Virus record (IMG/VR): IMGVR_UViG_3300022746_000016
Span: 102,548 to 166,547 of that record
From: a virus
Taxonomy: Duplodnaviria > Caudoviricetes
Direction: 5' to 3' (one strand)
Length of the DNA: 64,000 bases
In this document: one piece after another, positions 45,963 to 55,350 of the stretch
Position numbering within the stretch: position 1 is the stretch's first letter
How the letters are laid out: every line of letters begins with the position of its first letter
Made by a program: the position numbers and the translations under genes
Notes under the pieces: generated by a model
Told to the model about the DNA's origin: nothing
The model's input: the letters and a program-made list of their open reading frames with translations, nothing else
The model's database searches: none

Positions 45963-47540
45963 TCAGAAATTCAATGGCTCGGCATCGCCGTCTCCATTAT
46001 CATAGAATCCGAATGGCGTCAGTTCCTCTTCGATAGCTTGCATTTGTTTCTTATACATAATTTCGCGGAGGTTTACATTATTTAGCTCTTTGAAATATGG
46101 GTTAGTTGTGAGCCAACCAAAGAGAACCAAGGGCATTACCAAGTCATCGTGATAACCTTCGTCTGCTGCATATGACCCCTTAACCTCAATAAACGTGGAG
46201 ATCTCAGAGATTGTATCAGCATCGTTGACAATCAGCTTATTTTCTTCGACCATCGCTTTGAAGTTGTGACATCCAATGCGTTTGACCTTTTTGTCAGTGT
46301 TCACACCCAGTTGAGTTTTACCTCCACCGAAGCCACCACCGATATATTGACCATTTGTTTGACGGTTGACCATTAGAATGTTCTCGTATTCGAGTTCACT
46401 ATAAAGGATGTGAGCAACCTGTTCACTAATGTTCGTTTCAATTAAGATATATGCCTCATTGTATTCCTTACCAATCTTGTATAAAACGTTAGGATACAAT
46501 AGGGGACTAATCTCGTTATTTCTATACTTACCAACAATTCGGTAAGGTACTTCTGTGATGTCGATAATCTGGAAGGCAGAGTGGTCTCCACCAACACCCT
46601 TAGCAACGTCAGCAATAATACAGTATACGTGTCCAGCAGATGGACGAACGTAAATATCTAGACCATCTTTCTGATAGATGATTGGGTCTACAGACATTTT
46701 AGCGATAACATCGGCGTTAACCAGTGTTAAGCTAGAACCCAAGAACTTACATACAACCTCTTGATTGTACTTGAGTTCACCGAGCATAGCCTTTTGTTCA
46801 GCTGCCCACTTCTCATCACGACCTGGAATTTCCCAGTAAGGAATGAATAGTGGTACGAATCCGTTACGTCCATTCTCAGCATCATTCCAGAATTTCCAGA
46901 AGTGATTGTAACCAAGTGGCGTAGAAGATAAAAGAATCTTTGTTGTTTGACCCGCAGAAATAGTAGGGTAAACAGAAGTAAAGAACTGTTCAGCAACAGT
47001 GTTTGGAATAATCGCAGCTTCGTCAACGTACAATAAGTTTACAGACTTACCACGAATACCAGAAGCAGACGTCGCTGCAGTGAATACCTTAGAGCCGTTC
47101 TCTAATTCGATGTCACCTTTGTTCCAAGTTGTAACACCTTGTTGCAACCACATTGGAAGAGCCTCGTACATAGTCTGATAACGATCCAATACTTCACGTG
47201 CAGCAGTGGCTTTGTTAGCCAAAATCGCTACATTTTTGTTTGATTGGAATAGAGTGTACCAGAGAATGTAGGCGGCAGAAGTAGTAGTCTTACCCTGTTG
47301 ACGCCCTTCCATAAGAATAACACGACGGTTATTATGGATGACATTGATTTTGTTTTTCTGACAATCATATAATGCAAACTTAATAAGACCATGGTCAAGA
47401 GAAACGATATAGCAGTAGTTCTCAATAAAGTAGATCGGGTCTTGAGAACACTTGATATACTCTTGAACCTGTTCAGGAGTAAATTGTACCTGAACACCAG
47501 CTGCCTTTAAGTTCGCGTTTGAATTATAATTTTCTGCCAT
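45963..47540 (-). CDS. gp17: Terminase large subunit
   Basis: GRQQGKTT, YVDEAA, STPLG, ADVAKG, HDDLVM. Confidence 0.97.
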   Translation of the reverse strand: MAENYNSNANLKAAGVQVQFTPEQVQEYIKCSQDPIYFIENYCYIVSLDHGLIKFALYDCQKNKINVIHNNRRVILMEGRQQGKTTTSAAYILWYTLFQSNKNVAILANKATAAREVLDRYQTMYEALPMWLQQGVTTWNKGDIELENGSKVFTAATSASGIRGKSVNLLYVDEAAIIPNTVAEQFFTSVYPTISAGQTTKILLSSTPLGYNHFWKFWNDAENGRNGFVPLFIPYWEIPGRDEKWAAEQKAMLGELKYNQEVVCKFLGSSLTLVNADVIAKMSVDPIIYQKDGLDIYVRPSAGHVYCIIADVAKGVGGDHSAFQIIDITEVPYRIVGKYRNNEISPLLYPNVLYKIGKEYNEAYILIETNISEQVAHILYSELEYENILMVNRQTNGQYIGGGFGGGKTQLGVNTDKKVKRIGCHNFKAMVEENKLIVNDADTISEISTFIEVKGSYAADEGYHDDLVMPLVLFGWLTTNPYFKELNNVNLREIMYKKQMQAIEEELTPFGFYDNGDGDAEPLNF

Positions 47541-48283
47541 TAGAAATTGTTCATCCAGCTCTCGTTGGATACTGTTACTGTAGTTGCGTCACCCTGTGCG
47601 GTATATACTCTATTCGGAGCATTAAAGTTCTCGTTCTGACCAATGTTAGCATTAACCTGAGTGATGACGTTTTTATCAGAGATTGGACCATATAGGTTCA
47701 TCTTCAATTGGAAATTCAAAGTGTGTATGACAAAACGACGATCTTGAAAAGATCCATCATAGTTATCTTCAACTTGAACGCTCTGTAAAACGATAGGCAC
47801 ATCAGATTGAATGCCCATCTCTGGGATAGAATTGATTGTTAGAGTATACTCAGGTGTGAACGTTGGAAGAATTTGTTCCAAAATCTGTAGACCATCTTCT
47901 TGAGTCTTGGTTAAGATATACAAAGACATATCAAGATTGTAAGGTACTGGAGTATACACAGTCGGTTGAGATGTGCCAGTGCCAGATTTAACTTGCTGCA
48001 TACGATTAGTCTTACGAGAAGGGTCGTAGTTATAGCCAGTAATCTCGAACGACATTCTTGGTAGAGTCGTGTAAGTATTATTCTCTAGGTTCGGATCCCC
48101 ATCTAAACGAACAATCCATTTTTCTTTTGGAGCGTATGCTAATGGAATCTGTAAACGCTGTGCAGTCTGACCAGTAACAGAATCACCTTGTTTGCGATCG
48201 ATATAGATGTCACTGAATAGTCGTCCGAAAGCGACAATGCTTTTACGAATGATGCCGTGATAGTAGATATTTCCGTTAAGCAT
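47540..48283 (-). CDS. gp15: Tail sheath stabiliser / terminator
   Basis: IPLAYAPKEKW, LPRMSFE, QILEQILPTFTP. Confidence 0.94.
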   Translation of the reverse strand: MLNGNIYYHGIIRKSIVAFGRLFSDIYIDRKQGDSVTGQTAQRLQIPLAYAPKEKWIVRLDGDPNLENNTYTTLPRMSFEITGYNYDPSRKTNRMQQVKSGTGTSQPTVYTPVPYNLDMSLYILTKTQEDGLQILEQILPTFTPEYTLTINSIPEMGIQSDVPIVLQSVQVEDNYDGSFQDRRFVIHTLNFQLKMNLYGPISDKNVITQVNANIGQNENFNAPNRVYTAQGDATTVTVSNESWMNNF

Positions 48284-49182
48284 TATTTAATCTCACCGAA
48301 TGGATTGGTTTCATCGAAGTTTATTACCGAAGCAGCTTCTTCTTTAAAGCTGTTGTTATCTCCATATGAGCTAGGTACATCGATGTTAGCTTGGATAATA
48401 GCAGTAGCTGCTGCTCCAATACCATCACCAACAATGTCTAATACAGGAGGTGTCTGGTAATGATTGCCTACATTCTGAATAGTGATACTTGTTATCTGCC
48501 CATTGCTAATAACTGGTGTTAATACTGCTCCATATCCAGAACTACTTGTTGTATTAACAGTTGCATTGGTATAACCAGACCCATTTGAAGTCATAACAAT
48601 CTGAGTAATCTGACCATTAGGGTTTCTTGTTGTATTTGTGTTGAATGTCTTTAGTGACTCGAACGTGTCAATAGCAGGGATACCAGTATCAATAGCTTCA
48701 GAAGCATACTGGAACAATTCAATTTGTAGCTTGTAAACATACAGCTTACCCAACTGATAGAATGGGTCTTGGTGTTGTACGAATTTGATTTCGAACAAAC
48801 CTTTTGATAGTGGGAAATAGATTAAGTCACCTTCGTTCGGACGAGAAGGTACAGTTGTTACACCGTAGCGACCAACAAATTGTTCCCAACGACGACGAGC
48901 AACAACCAACGTGGCAGACTGTTCGACCATTAAACCAAACTTCTGGATGAATGCACCTTGTCCACCGAAAGAGTCGACGTTCTCGAAATACATCTCAATA
49001 GGGAATGCAGACTTGAATTCTGATAGGCGGTCTTCACCAAGAATCTCGTCTTTTGAAACTAATGTTCTTGGAATGTACATAACCTCGTTGCCGTATATAC
49101 GTAACGATTCAATAATCAGGTCTTCGACTAGAGACTGTTCGCCTCTAGTGCCCTGTGTGAAATAAACATTAGTTGTTGACAT
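48283..49182 (-). CDS. gp14: Neck protein
   Basis: YIPR, RPNEGDLIYFP, FYQLGK, NPFG; carries a GSGY repeat insertion. Confidence 0.93.
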   Translation of the reverse strand: MSTTNVYFTQGTRGEQSLVEDLIIESLRIYGNEVMYIPRTLVSKDEILGEDRLSEFKSAFPIEMYFENVDSFGGQGAFIQKFGLMVEQSATLVVARRRWEQFVGRYGVTTVPSRPNEGDLIYFPLSKGLFEIKFVQHQDPFYQLGKLYVYKLQIELFQYASEAIDTGIPAIDTFESLKTFNTNTTRNPNGQITQIVMTSNGSGYTNATVNTTSSSGYGAVLTPVISNGQITSITIQNVGNHYQTPPVLDIVGDGIGAAATAIIQANIDVPSSYGDNNSFKEEAASVINFDETNPFGEIK

Positions 49183-49183
49183 C

Positions 49184-50140
49184 TTAGCCCATCATAAAGT
49201 TTAATGGCGCAGACTTGTTTTGCAATTCGTCTTCTAGTTGAGCGATCTCAGTTGTAGCTTCAAGATATAGTTTATCGCCATCCAATGTAACACCACCTGG
49301 AAGTTGGATACCAGAAAACTTCTTAATGTTTACAGCCCACTGTTTCTTAATCAAAGCAATAACATAACGCTTTAACCAAGCCTCATTCCAGATCTTAGAC
49401 CATTGGGCGGGATCCATTGCTCGGTAGCATTTGATAATGATGTAATCTCCAAACTGTACATCAGACTGCCAGTTAATATCGAGATACATACGGTCTTGTA
49501 GACGGTTGAATCGGAAATTGTTCTTACCGTTTAGAGTCCAGTCTAGCAAGTCCAAGTGTTGCATAACTGTTGTGTAGTAAATGATAGATGTAGATGTTAA
49601 ATCATACAAGTCATTCAAACGCAACTGGTACTGTAAGTCGAAAATGTTCTTAGAAGATGATGCTTGTCCGATAGAAAGTACATCAGTAATACCATAGACA
49701 TAGTCTGGGATATTGATGTAACGATTATCATATTCACGTGGAGTGATAGAAACTGTAGTTGCAGTCACTGTTGTGCCGTGGATAGCTTCACCTGGAATAA
49801 ATGTACCAACGATGTTCTTAACTAGCAATAGAGTGCCAGCAGACATACGTTGTGATTCGCGAGTTACGGTAGCTTTAGCTCCAGAAGTAGCGCCAGTGAT
49901 ATGTTCTTCTAATTTAAACTGACTTGCGACTGGGTCAGTTAGAACGATCTCAGAAGCACGAATCTGCTGCTTTAGATAAATCTCTTCAACACCTTCGTAA
50001 TGGTACAGACGCCAGTAATCCAGAGCTTCGTCAATACGATCTTCGATCTGGTCATCGTCCACGTTGATTTCGAGAACAGGAGCACCGAGTGCTCTCAAAG
50101 CATACTGCTTTAGTGATTCTCGTGATGTTGGAATTGCCAT
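49184..50140 (-). CDS. gp13: Neck protein
   Basis: LRALGAPVLEINVDDDQ, LPGGVTLDG. Confidence 0.94.
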   Translation of the reverse strand: MAIPTSRESLKQYALRALGAPVLEINVDDDQIEDRIDEALDYWRLYHYEGVEEIYLKQQIRASEIVLTDPVASQFKLEEHITGATSGAKATVTRESQRMSAGTLLLVKNIVGTFIPGEAIHGTTVTATTVSITPREYDNRYINIPDYVYGITDVLSIGQASSSKNIFDLQYQLRLNDLYDLTSTSIIYYTTVMQHLDLLDWTLNGKNNFRFNRLQDRMYLDINWQSDVQFGDYIIIKCYRAMDPAQWSKIWNEAWLKRYVIALIKKQWAVNIKKFSGIQLPGGVTLDGDKLYLEATTEIAQLEDELQNKSAPLNFMMG

Positions 50141-50141
50141 A

Positions 50142-51749
50142 TTAGTTTCCTAGCTTAGCTTTTAATTCTTCGATTTGTTTTTGTTGTTCTTTGATAGCTT
50201 CAATCAACAATGGTACAATACGATCGTACTGAACTGTCATATACTGTGGGTCGATAGGAGCTGGAGCAATAACTTCAGGTAATACTGCTTTAACTTGTTG
50301 CGCTGAAACCCCGACTTGCTGGATAGAAGCATCATATCCTAAAGCAACAGCAGTTTCGTTCGCGTGGTAATGGAAACCATCTAGAGAAAGAACTTTCTCT
50401 AGAGCGTTTTCGATCAAACCAGTACGGGTCTTTAGACGATCATCTGAGAAGTAAGCAGCAATAGTAGTTGTTGCTGTAATGTTACCAGTAACTGTTAGTG
50501 TACCAGTAATAGTTGGAGAAGCAGACAAAACTACGCTACCGCTACCAGTAGATGTAGTTGTACCAGTGCCGCCGTTAGCAACAGGTAATGTACCAGTAAC
50601 ACCAGTAGTTAGTGGAAGACCAGTACAGCTAGTCAACGTACCAGAAGATGGTGTGCCAAGAACAGGAGTTGTGAGTACTGGGCTAGTTAATGTTTTGTTT
50701 GTTAATGTATCAGTGGTAGCTTTACCAACTAATGTATCAGTTGCTGCTGGTAAAGTCAGAGTACCAGAAGCAGCAGCTGTTGCAATCAAACGAGTAGTAC
50801 CAGAAGTAGAACCTGCAAAGTCGATTGGAGTGTTAGTTAATAGACGTGTATAGTTCCAACCACCTTGTTTAGCTGCTGCAGTGCCTGCTGCATTTTCGGC
50901 AAAGAATTCCAATTCGCCGTTAGATGCACCAGCAGATGTTTCTGCACGAATATATGTAAATTTGTCTACAGAAGAAACACCGCCAAGAGAAGACCACGCA
51001 CCTGACGCATAACCTTCAAAACCAACAGTATCAGTATTGTAACGAACCATACCAACAGCTGGAGTCGCTGGGCGCTGAGCAGTAGTACCTACTGGGAGTG
51101 TCCAGTTACTATTGCCAGTTGCAGTTAAAATATCTAGACCACCAATAGAAGTAGCAGTAGCACCAAGTGCGACTGTAGTAGAACCAATAGTAACTGCACC
51201 AGCTGCCCAAGTAGGAGCATAACCAGCACCAGCCGACTTCAAGAATGTGCCAGCAGCACCAGCAGTAATGAACGTAGTTAGGGATGTATCTGATTGAATA
51301 ACTAACTGTCCAGCAGAACCACCAGCAATGTTAGTAGCAGTAGCAGCAAGAGCAGATGTACCAGCAGAGATAGAAGAAGCTGACACCCAAGTTGGAGAGT
51401 TAGTACCACCAGATACTAGAATCTGACCAGAAGTACCAGCTGCAGTTAATGCCAAACCAGAAGCACCAGAGTATGCAACAGCACCAGCTACTGCAGAAAG
51501 AGCAGAACCAGTACCACCGTACCCTAAACCAACAGCAGAACCCTGCCAAACAGAACCTGTACTGAATGTTTTATTCAGTGCTGTTTGCGCAGAGATGTTG
51601 TTAAGCATGGTAGCACCGCCACCAGCTGTAGTACCGTCGTGTAGACGGATGGTTTTAAGATCGGTATCAACAGAAATTTCACCAGCTGCGCCAGTGAACG
51701 CATTGTTCTGTGTTGTTGTACCTCGTCTAAATTGTACTTGTGTTGACAT
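50142..51749 (-). CDS. Tail fibre protein with C-terminal intramolecular chaperone (peptidase S74-like)
   Basis: N-terminal QVQFRRGTT...GEISVDTD...HDGTTAGG; Gly/Thr-rich shaft; YFSDDRLK...GVSAQQV...VQYDRIVPLLIEAIKE. Confidence 0.85.
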   Translation of the reverse strand: MSTQVQFRRGTTTQNNAFTGAAGEISVDTDLKTIRLHDGTTAGGGATMLNNISAQTALNKTFSTGSVWQGSAVGLGYGGTGSALSAVAGAVAYSGASGLALTAAGTSGQILVSGGTNSPTWVSASSISAGTSALAATATNIAGGSAGQLVIQSDTSLTTFITAGAAGTFLKSAGAGYAPTWAAGAVTIGSTTVALGATATSIGGLDILTATGNSNWTLPVGTTAQRPATPAVGMVRYNTDTVGFEGYASGAWSSLGGVSSVDKFTYIRAETSAGASNGELEFFAENAAGTAAAKQGGWNYTRLLTNTPIDFAGSTSGTTRLIATAAASGTLTLPAATDTLVGKATTDTLTNKTLTSPVLTTPVLGTPSSGTLTSCTGLPLTTGVTGTLPVANGGTGTTTSTGSGSVVLSASPTITGTLTVTGNITATTTIAAYFSDDRLKTRTGLIENALEKVLSLDGFHYHANETAVALGYDASIQQVGVSAQQVKAVLPEVIAPAPIDPQYMTVQYDRIVPLLIEAIKEQQKQIEELKAKLGN

Positions 51750-51772
51750 AGTTTTCCTCTAATTCGATATAT

Positions 51773-54640
51773 TTAGGCTTGTGCTTCAGACCAGAACAAG
51801 TTTACGTTAACGTTCGAAGCACTACCACTCGAAGCGATGTTCTTAACAACAACAGCTAAAACGTCTGGACCATCTGGATAGTTTGAGTAACCACCGATGG
51901 CAGAGTTTGTTAATTCCTTCAAGTTCTTCAAGTCAATCTCAGCGAAACCAGCTGGCTGACCAAGTGTTGAGAAGTTTTGCTCACCTGGAGTTGCTGCAGT
52001 AGTAGTACTCGTAGAAATCTGAGCAAATGATGGTTGAGAACCAAGTGCTGCTGTGTTAACAGCTTGCCAAGTTAGTGTTGATGCGTCAATGTTACCTGGA
52101 TTCAAGATACCATATACCTGAACAGGCACGTCTGATTGAATCTGTAAGTTTTGTAGCAGTAACTGCGAACGGTTAATTAAGTCACGGTCTCCGAACGCGC
52201 CAGCAATTGAGTTTGATACAGATGGAGCTAAACGCAAGAAGAATGCAGTTTTAGACTGTCCACCAGCAAGTGTAATACCTGTTGCAGCGTAGTTGAAGTA
52301 GTAACCACGATCTGAGTCAAAGTTACCGTCCATAATATAAGAAGAACCCCAGTGGTTAACAACGGGAGAGCAAGTACAGCTGATTAAAGTTACAGCGTTG
52401 TATCCGTTACCAACAGCATGGACTGCAGCAGAACCAGCAGTAAATGTCTTATTAGAACCACCAACGAACATCGTAAATGACGCGCCACGTGTAAGACCTG
52501 TTAGTGTATTGCCAGACTTACCTGTATACGCAATACACTCGTTTTCTACCATAACTACACCACCAGTAGAAGGGAAACGTGTAGCATCTACCAGATCCAT
52601 ACTTGTAGCAGTATTAGTCATTGAGTTAGCTAGACGATCACGAGCAGATTCATTGATAGCTTGGTAACGCACAGCAGAGTTACCTGAACGCATATACGCT
52701 TCATCGTTCACGTTGTTTTGTTTCATACGATGAACAAGAATCATATTACCGTCACCACCACGACACATAAAGTCGATGAAACCAGCACCATACCAAGAGA
52801 ATGAGATACCAAGCATCTGCATCTTGTTTAGGTTAATGTTGTAACCAGAAATACCAGTACCATCAATCTTATCGATGTTAAACTGAGACTGTGGAATACG
52901 TTGGTCTAGAACTTGAGCAATTTTAATACCAGATGCGTTGTTAACACCACGATATTCTGGATTAACTGTCATAGTAGTATCATCAGTGATAGAACCAACG
53001 CGATAAGTCATACCACGAATAACGATAGAATCTCCAACCTTTAGCTGTTGCGTGAATCGTGTAGAAGTACCAGTAATAGCTTGAGAACCAGCAGTTGCAG
53101 TAATAAAGCCAGACAACTGGTATGTTGCAGAACGTTTAACAACAGCAAGTTCTTGTCCGTCGAATTCCCAGAATAATCCGTTTTGATCATCGAATGGACC
53201 GCAACGAGTAGTTGCTCCAATCCAGTTTTTAACAGTTACACGTGGTAAGTTAGTAATAACAGCTGCAGTTCCACCAAGTGTAGTAGTCGCAGCAACAGTA
53301 AATGTAGATTCGTTTGTGATACCAGTAACACCGTATGTACCATTATAACCAGAAGTTACAACACCAGCAATCTGAACAGTAGCACCAACCTGAAGACCAT
53401 GGTCAATTTCAGTAGATACTGTAATAACAGAACCAACAGTTGTACCTGATGCAGAGATCTGGTCTAGGTTTAGAACTGGGTTAAACAAAACACCAGAAGT
53501 CCAGAGAATACCTTTACCAGACTGGTAACGCATATACTTCTTAGTCTGACGAGAGACAGAAGCACCATGTGATGGTAGGAATGTGCCAATGTTAACACCC
53601 CCGTCAAATGGACGATGTTGAACGTAAGCGTCTGAACGAGTATAAGTTTTAGCTACAATAGCAGAGTTAGCGACTGCTCCACCAACTCGAGCAGTAAATG
53701 TAAATGTCGTTGGAGATGGAACAGTTTCGATAAAGAAGTTACCACCCATTAGTGTGTGGTTAGTGCCAACAGATGTTACAACGTTAACGATAGGAGCACC
53801 TGGAACTAAACCATGGGGTGCGGAACAAGTCACTGTAATTTTAGATGGAGAGTTAGCATCAGAAACATATCCAGTAATTGGAAGTTCAGCTCCAGCATAG
53901 AAACCACCACGACGAGCATATGTTGATTGGTTGTAAACAGAAGTGCCGTTTACACCAACGATACCCTTGGCGAAGAATGTAAATGTGACTGTATCTGGAA
54001 CAGTAGCTACAACGAAAGCACCTTCAGCACGAGCAGCATTAGAAACACCAGCAGTACCGAAGATAATAACTGGCTGCGCTACGGCAAGACCATGAGGTTG
54101 TGAACAAGTCACAGTCATAACAGATGGGTTACCACCGTCTGATGTGATGTTAGATACGAACAAGTCAAGACCTGGTTTTTCGTAAATACCTGGAATTCCG
54201 CGGATGTCAGAGTAGTTCTGCCACTTAGTTGGCTGTAGACCATATTCAAAGTCAGCGTCAATCAATGACTGTGGTTGAGCAACGCGCATACGTTCAATAG
54301 CATCGACGCCGAATGCATAAGGACGAATAATGTTACCGACTTGTTTTGGAGCATCAGTATAGATCGCAATCTTATCTGTGCTAAGCATAGTAGAAGTATC
54401 AGCTGCGAATGTTACAGTTGAAACTCCAGGCTGTTCTGAGTAGAACGTAGTGATGTCGCTTGGATCGTATACGATTGAACCATTCTTAGTAGGGTCACCA
54501 ATCGCATAGATGTTTGTTTGTTGTGTCTTGTTCGCAATAATCAATAGTTGAGTCAGATCAACTTTTCCAGGAAACTTGAGTGTACCTTGTCCTGCTGCGT
54601 TAGGGGAGAATATGTATTTTTCAATTAACTGACGTGCCAT
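51773..54640 (-). CDS. Large virion structural protein (955 aa) with repeated beta modules
   Basis: Three ITVTxxxxHGL...FTF repeats; DADFEYGLQPTKW, RYQSGKG, WYGAG, HWGSS. Confidence 0.7.
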   Translation of the reverse strand: MARQLIEKYIFSPNAAGQGTLKFPGKVDLTQLLIIANKTQQTNIYAIGDPTKNGSIVYDPSDITTFYSEQPGVSTVTFAADTSTMLSTDKIAIYTDAPKQVGNIIRPYAFGVDAIERMRVAQPQSLIDADFEYGLQPTKWQNYSDIRGIPGIYEKPGLDLFVSNITSDGGNPSVMTVTCSQPHGLAVAQPVIIFGTAGVSNAARAEGAFVVATVPDTVTFTFFAKGIVGVNGTSVYNQSTYARRGGFYAGAELPITGYVSDANSPSKITVTCSAPHGLVPGAPIVNVVTSVGTNHTLMGGNFFIETVPSPTTFTFTARVGGAVANSAIVAKTYTRSDAYVQHRPFDGGVNIGTFLPSHGASVSRQTKKYMRYQSGKGILWTSGVLFNPVLNLDQISASGTTVGSVITVSTEIDHGLQVGATVQIAGVVTSGYNGTYGVTGITNESTFTVAATTTLGGTAAVITNLPRVTVKNWIGATTRCGPFDDQNGLFWEFDGQELAVVKRSATYQLSGFITATAGSQAITGTSTRFTQQLKVGDSIVIRGMTYRVGSITDDTTMTVNPEYRGVNNASGIKIAQVLDQRIPQSQFNIDKIDGTGISGYNINLNKMQMLGISFSWYGAGFIDFMCRGGDGNMILVHRMKQNNVNDEAYMRSGNSAVRYQAINESARDRLANSMTNTATSMDLVDATRFPSTGGVVMVENECIAYTGKSGNTLTGLTRGASFTMFVGGSNKTFTAGSAAVHAVGNGYNAVTLISCTCSPVVNHWGSSYIMDGNFDSDRGYYFNYAATGITLAGGQSKTAFFLRLAPSVSNSIAGAFGDRDLINRSQLLLQNLQIQSDVPVQVYGILNPGNIDASTLTWQAVNTAALGSQPSFAQISTSTTTAATPGEQNFSTLGQPAGFAEIDLKNLKELTNSAIGGYSNYPDGPDVLAVVVKNIASSGSASNVNVNLFWSEAQA

Positions 54641-54649
54641 GTTATATCC

Positions 54650-55285
54650 TTAGAAACCAAAAATAATAGAATAACCAAGATAGTCTGATTTGACTGATTG
54701 GTCAATGTTGTTTAACGAGATAATACCCGTAAAGCTCAATACACCTAAGTCGTAGATGTTACTAGAAACCTCAGTCAATAAACCAAGATTTTCTGATACT
54801 GTGACGTTTGAATCTGCAACAGAACCCAAGTCTGATTGAGATGTAGCGAAAACAGCAGATGCCACAACAGCATTTGAATCGGCGTTAATCCAATTAGAGC
54901 CAGTGTAAGTTAATACTTGTTGTGGTTGTGGGTTAACCAGAGCGACATCGTCTAGGTTAACAATTGTATTTGATTCCCACTTAACCCCAGTACCTGTAGA
55001 AGTTAAATGTTGGCCAATAGTGCCAGTCGTGGAGTTTGCTGTTAATGTGCCAGTCAACGTTAAGTTGTCGGCAGTAGCACTATTAAGAGAAGGGGATGTG
55101 AGAGTTTTATTAGTTAGAGTCTCAGTAGCTGAAGAAGAACCGAGATAACTTATTTGATTAGAAGAATTCTTGAAATACAGTTTACCATCAGCATAGTTTA
55201 ATGCCAATTCACCGTAAGCCAAATCAGTCGTCAGTGGAACTTTTGCGCCAACTGATGACTTTTTGAGTATGATAGTATTACTCAT
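54650..55285 (-). CDS. Fibre/collar-associated structural protein
   Basis: LAYGELALNYADGKLYFK; TETLTNKTLTSP; LDDV...VLTY.G..W. Confidence 0.7.
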   Translation of the reverse strand: MSNTIILKKSSVGAKVPLTTDLAYGELALNYADGKLYFKNSSNQISYLGSSSATETLTNKTLTSPSLNSATADNLTLTGTLTANSTTGTIGQHLTSTGTGVKWESNTIVNLDDVALVNPQPQQVLTYTGSNWINADSNAVVASAVFATSQSDLGSVADSNVTVSENLGLLTEVSSNIYDLGVLSFTGIISLNNIDQSVKSDYLGYSIIFGF

Positions 55286-55307
55286 CCATCTTCCTAAAAA
55301 GGTTAAA

Positions 55308-55327
55308 GCTGGGGTAAAAACCCCAGC
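55308..55327 (-). terminator. Hairpin / terminator
   Basis: GCTGGGGT-TTTT-ACCCCAGC-TTT. Confidence 0.6.
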
Positions 55328-55350
55328 GAACTAATTGTATTTAGTCAGTA

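Noticed and set aside
3252-47540. Inteins or introns in gp41, gp43, gp46, uvsW or gp17
   Set aside because: Lengths are ordinary, motifs are contiguous, and no intein C/S...HN boundaries were seen.
50142-51749. Diversity-generating retroelement target (Mtd-like N-terminus QVQFRRGTT)
   Set aside because: No reverse transcriptase and no template/variable repeat pair seen in the window; the C-terminus is a chaperone domain, not a C-type lectin variable region.
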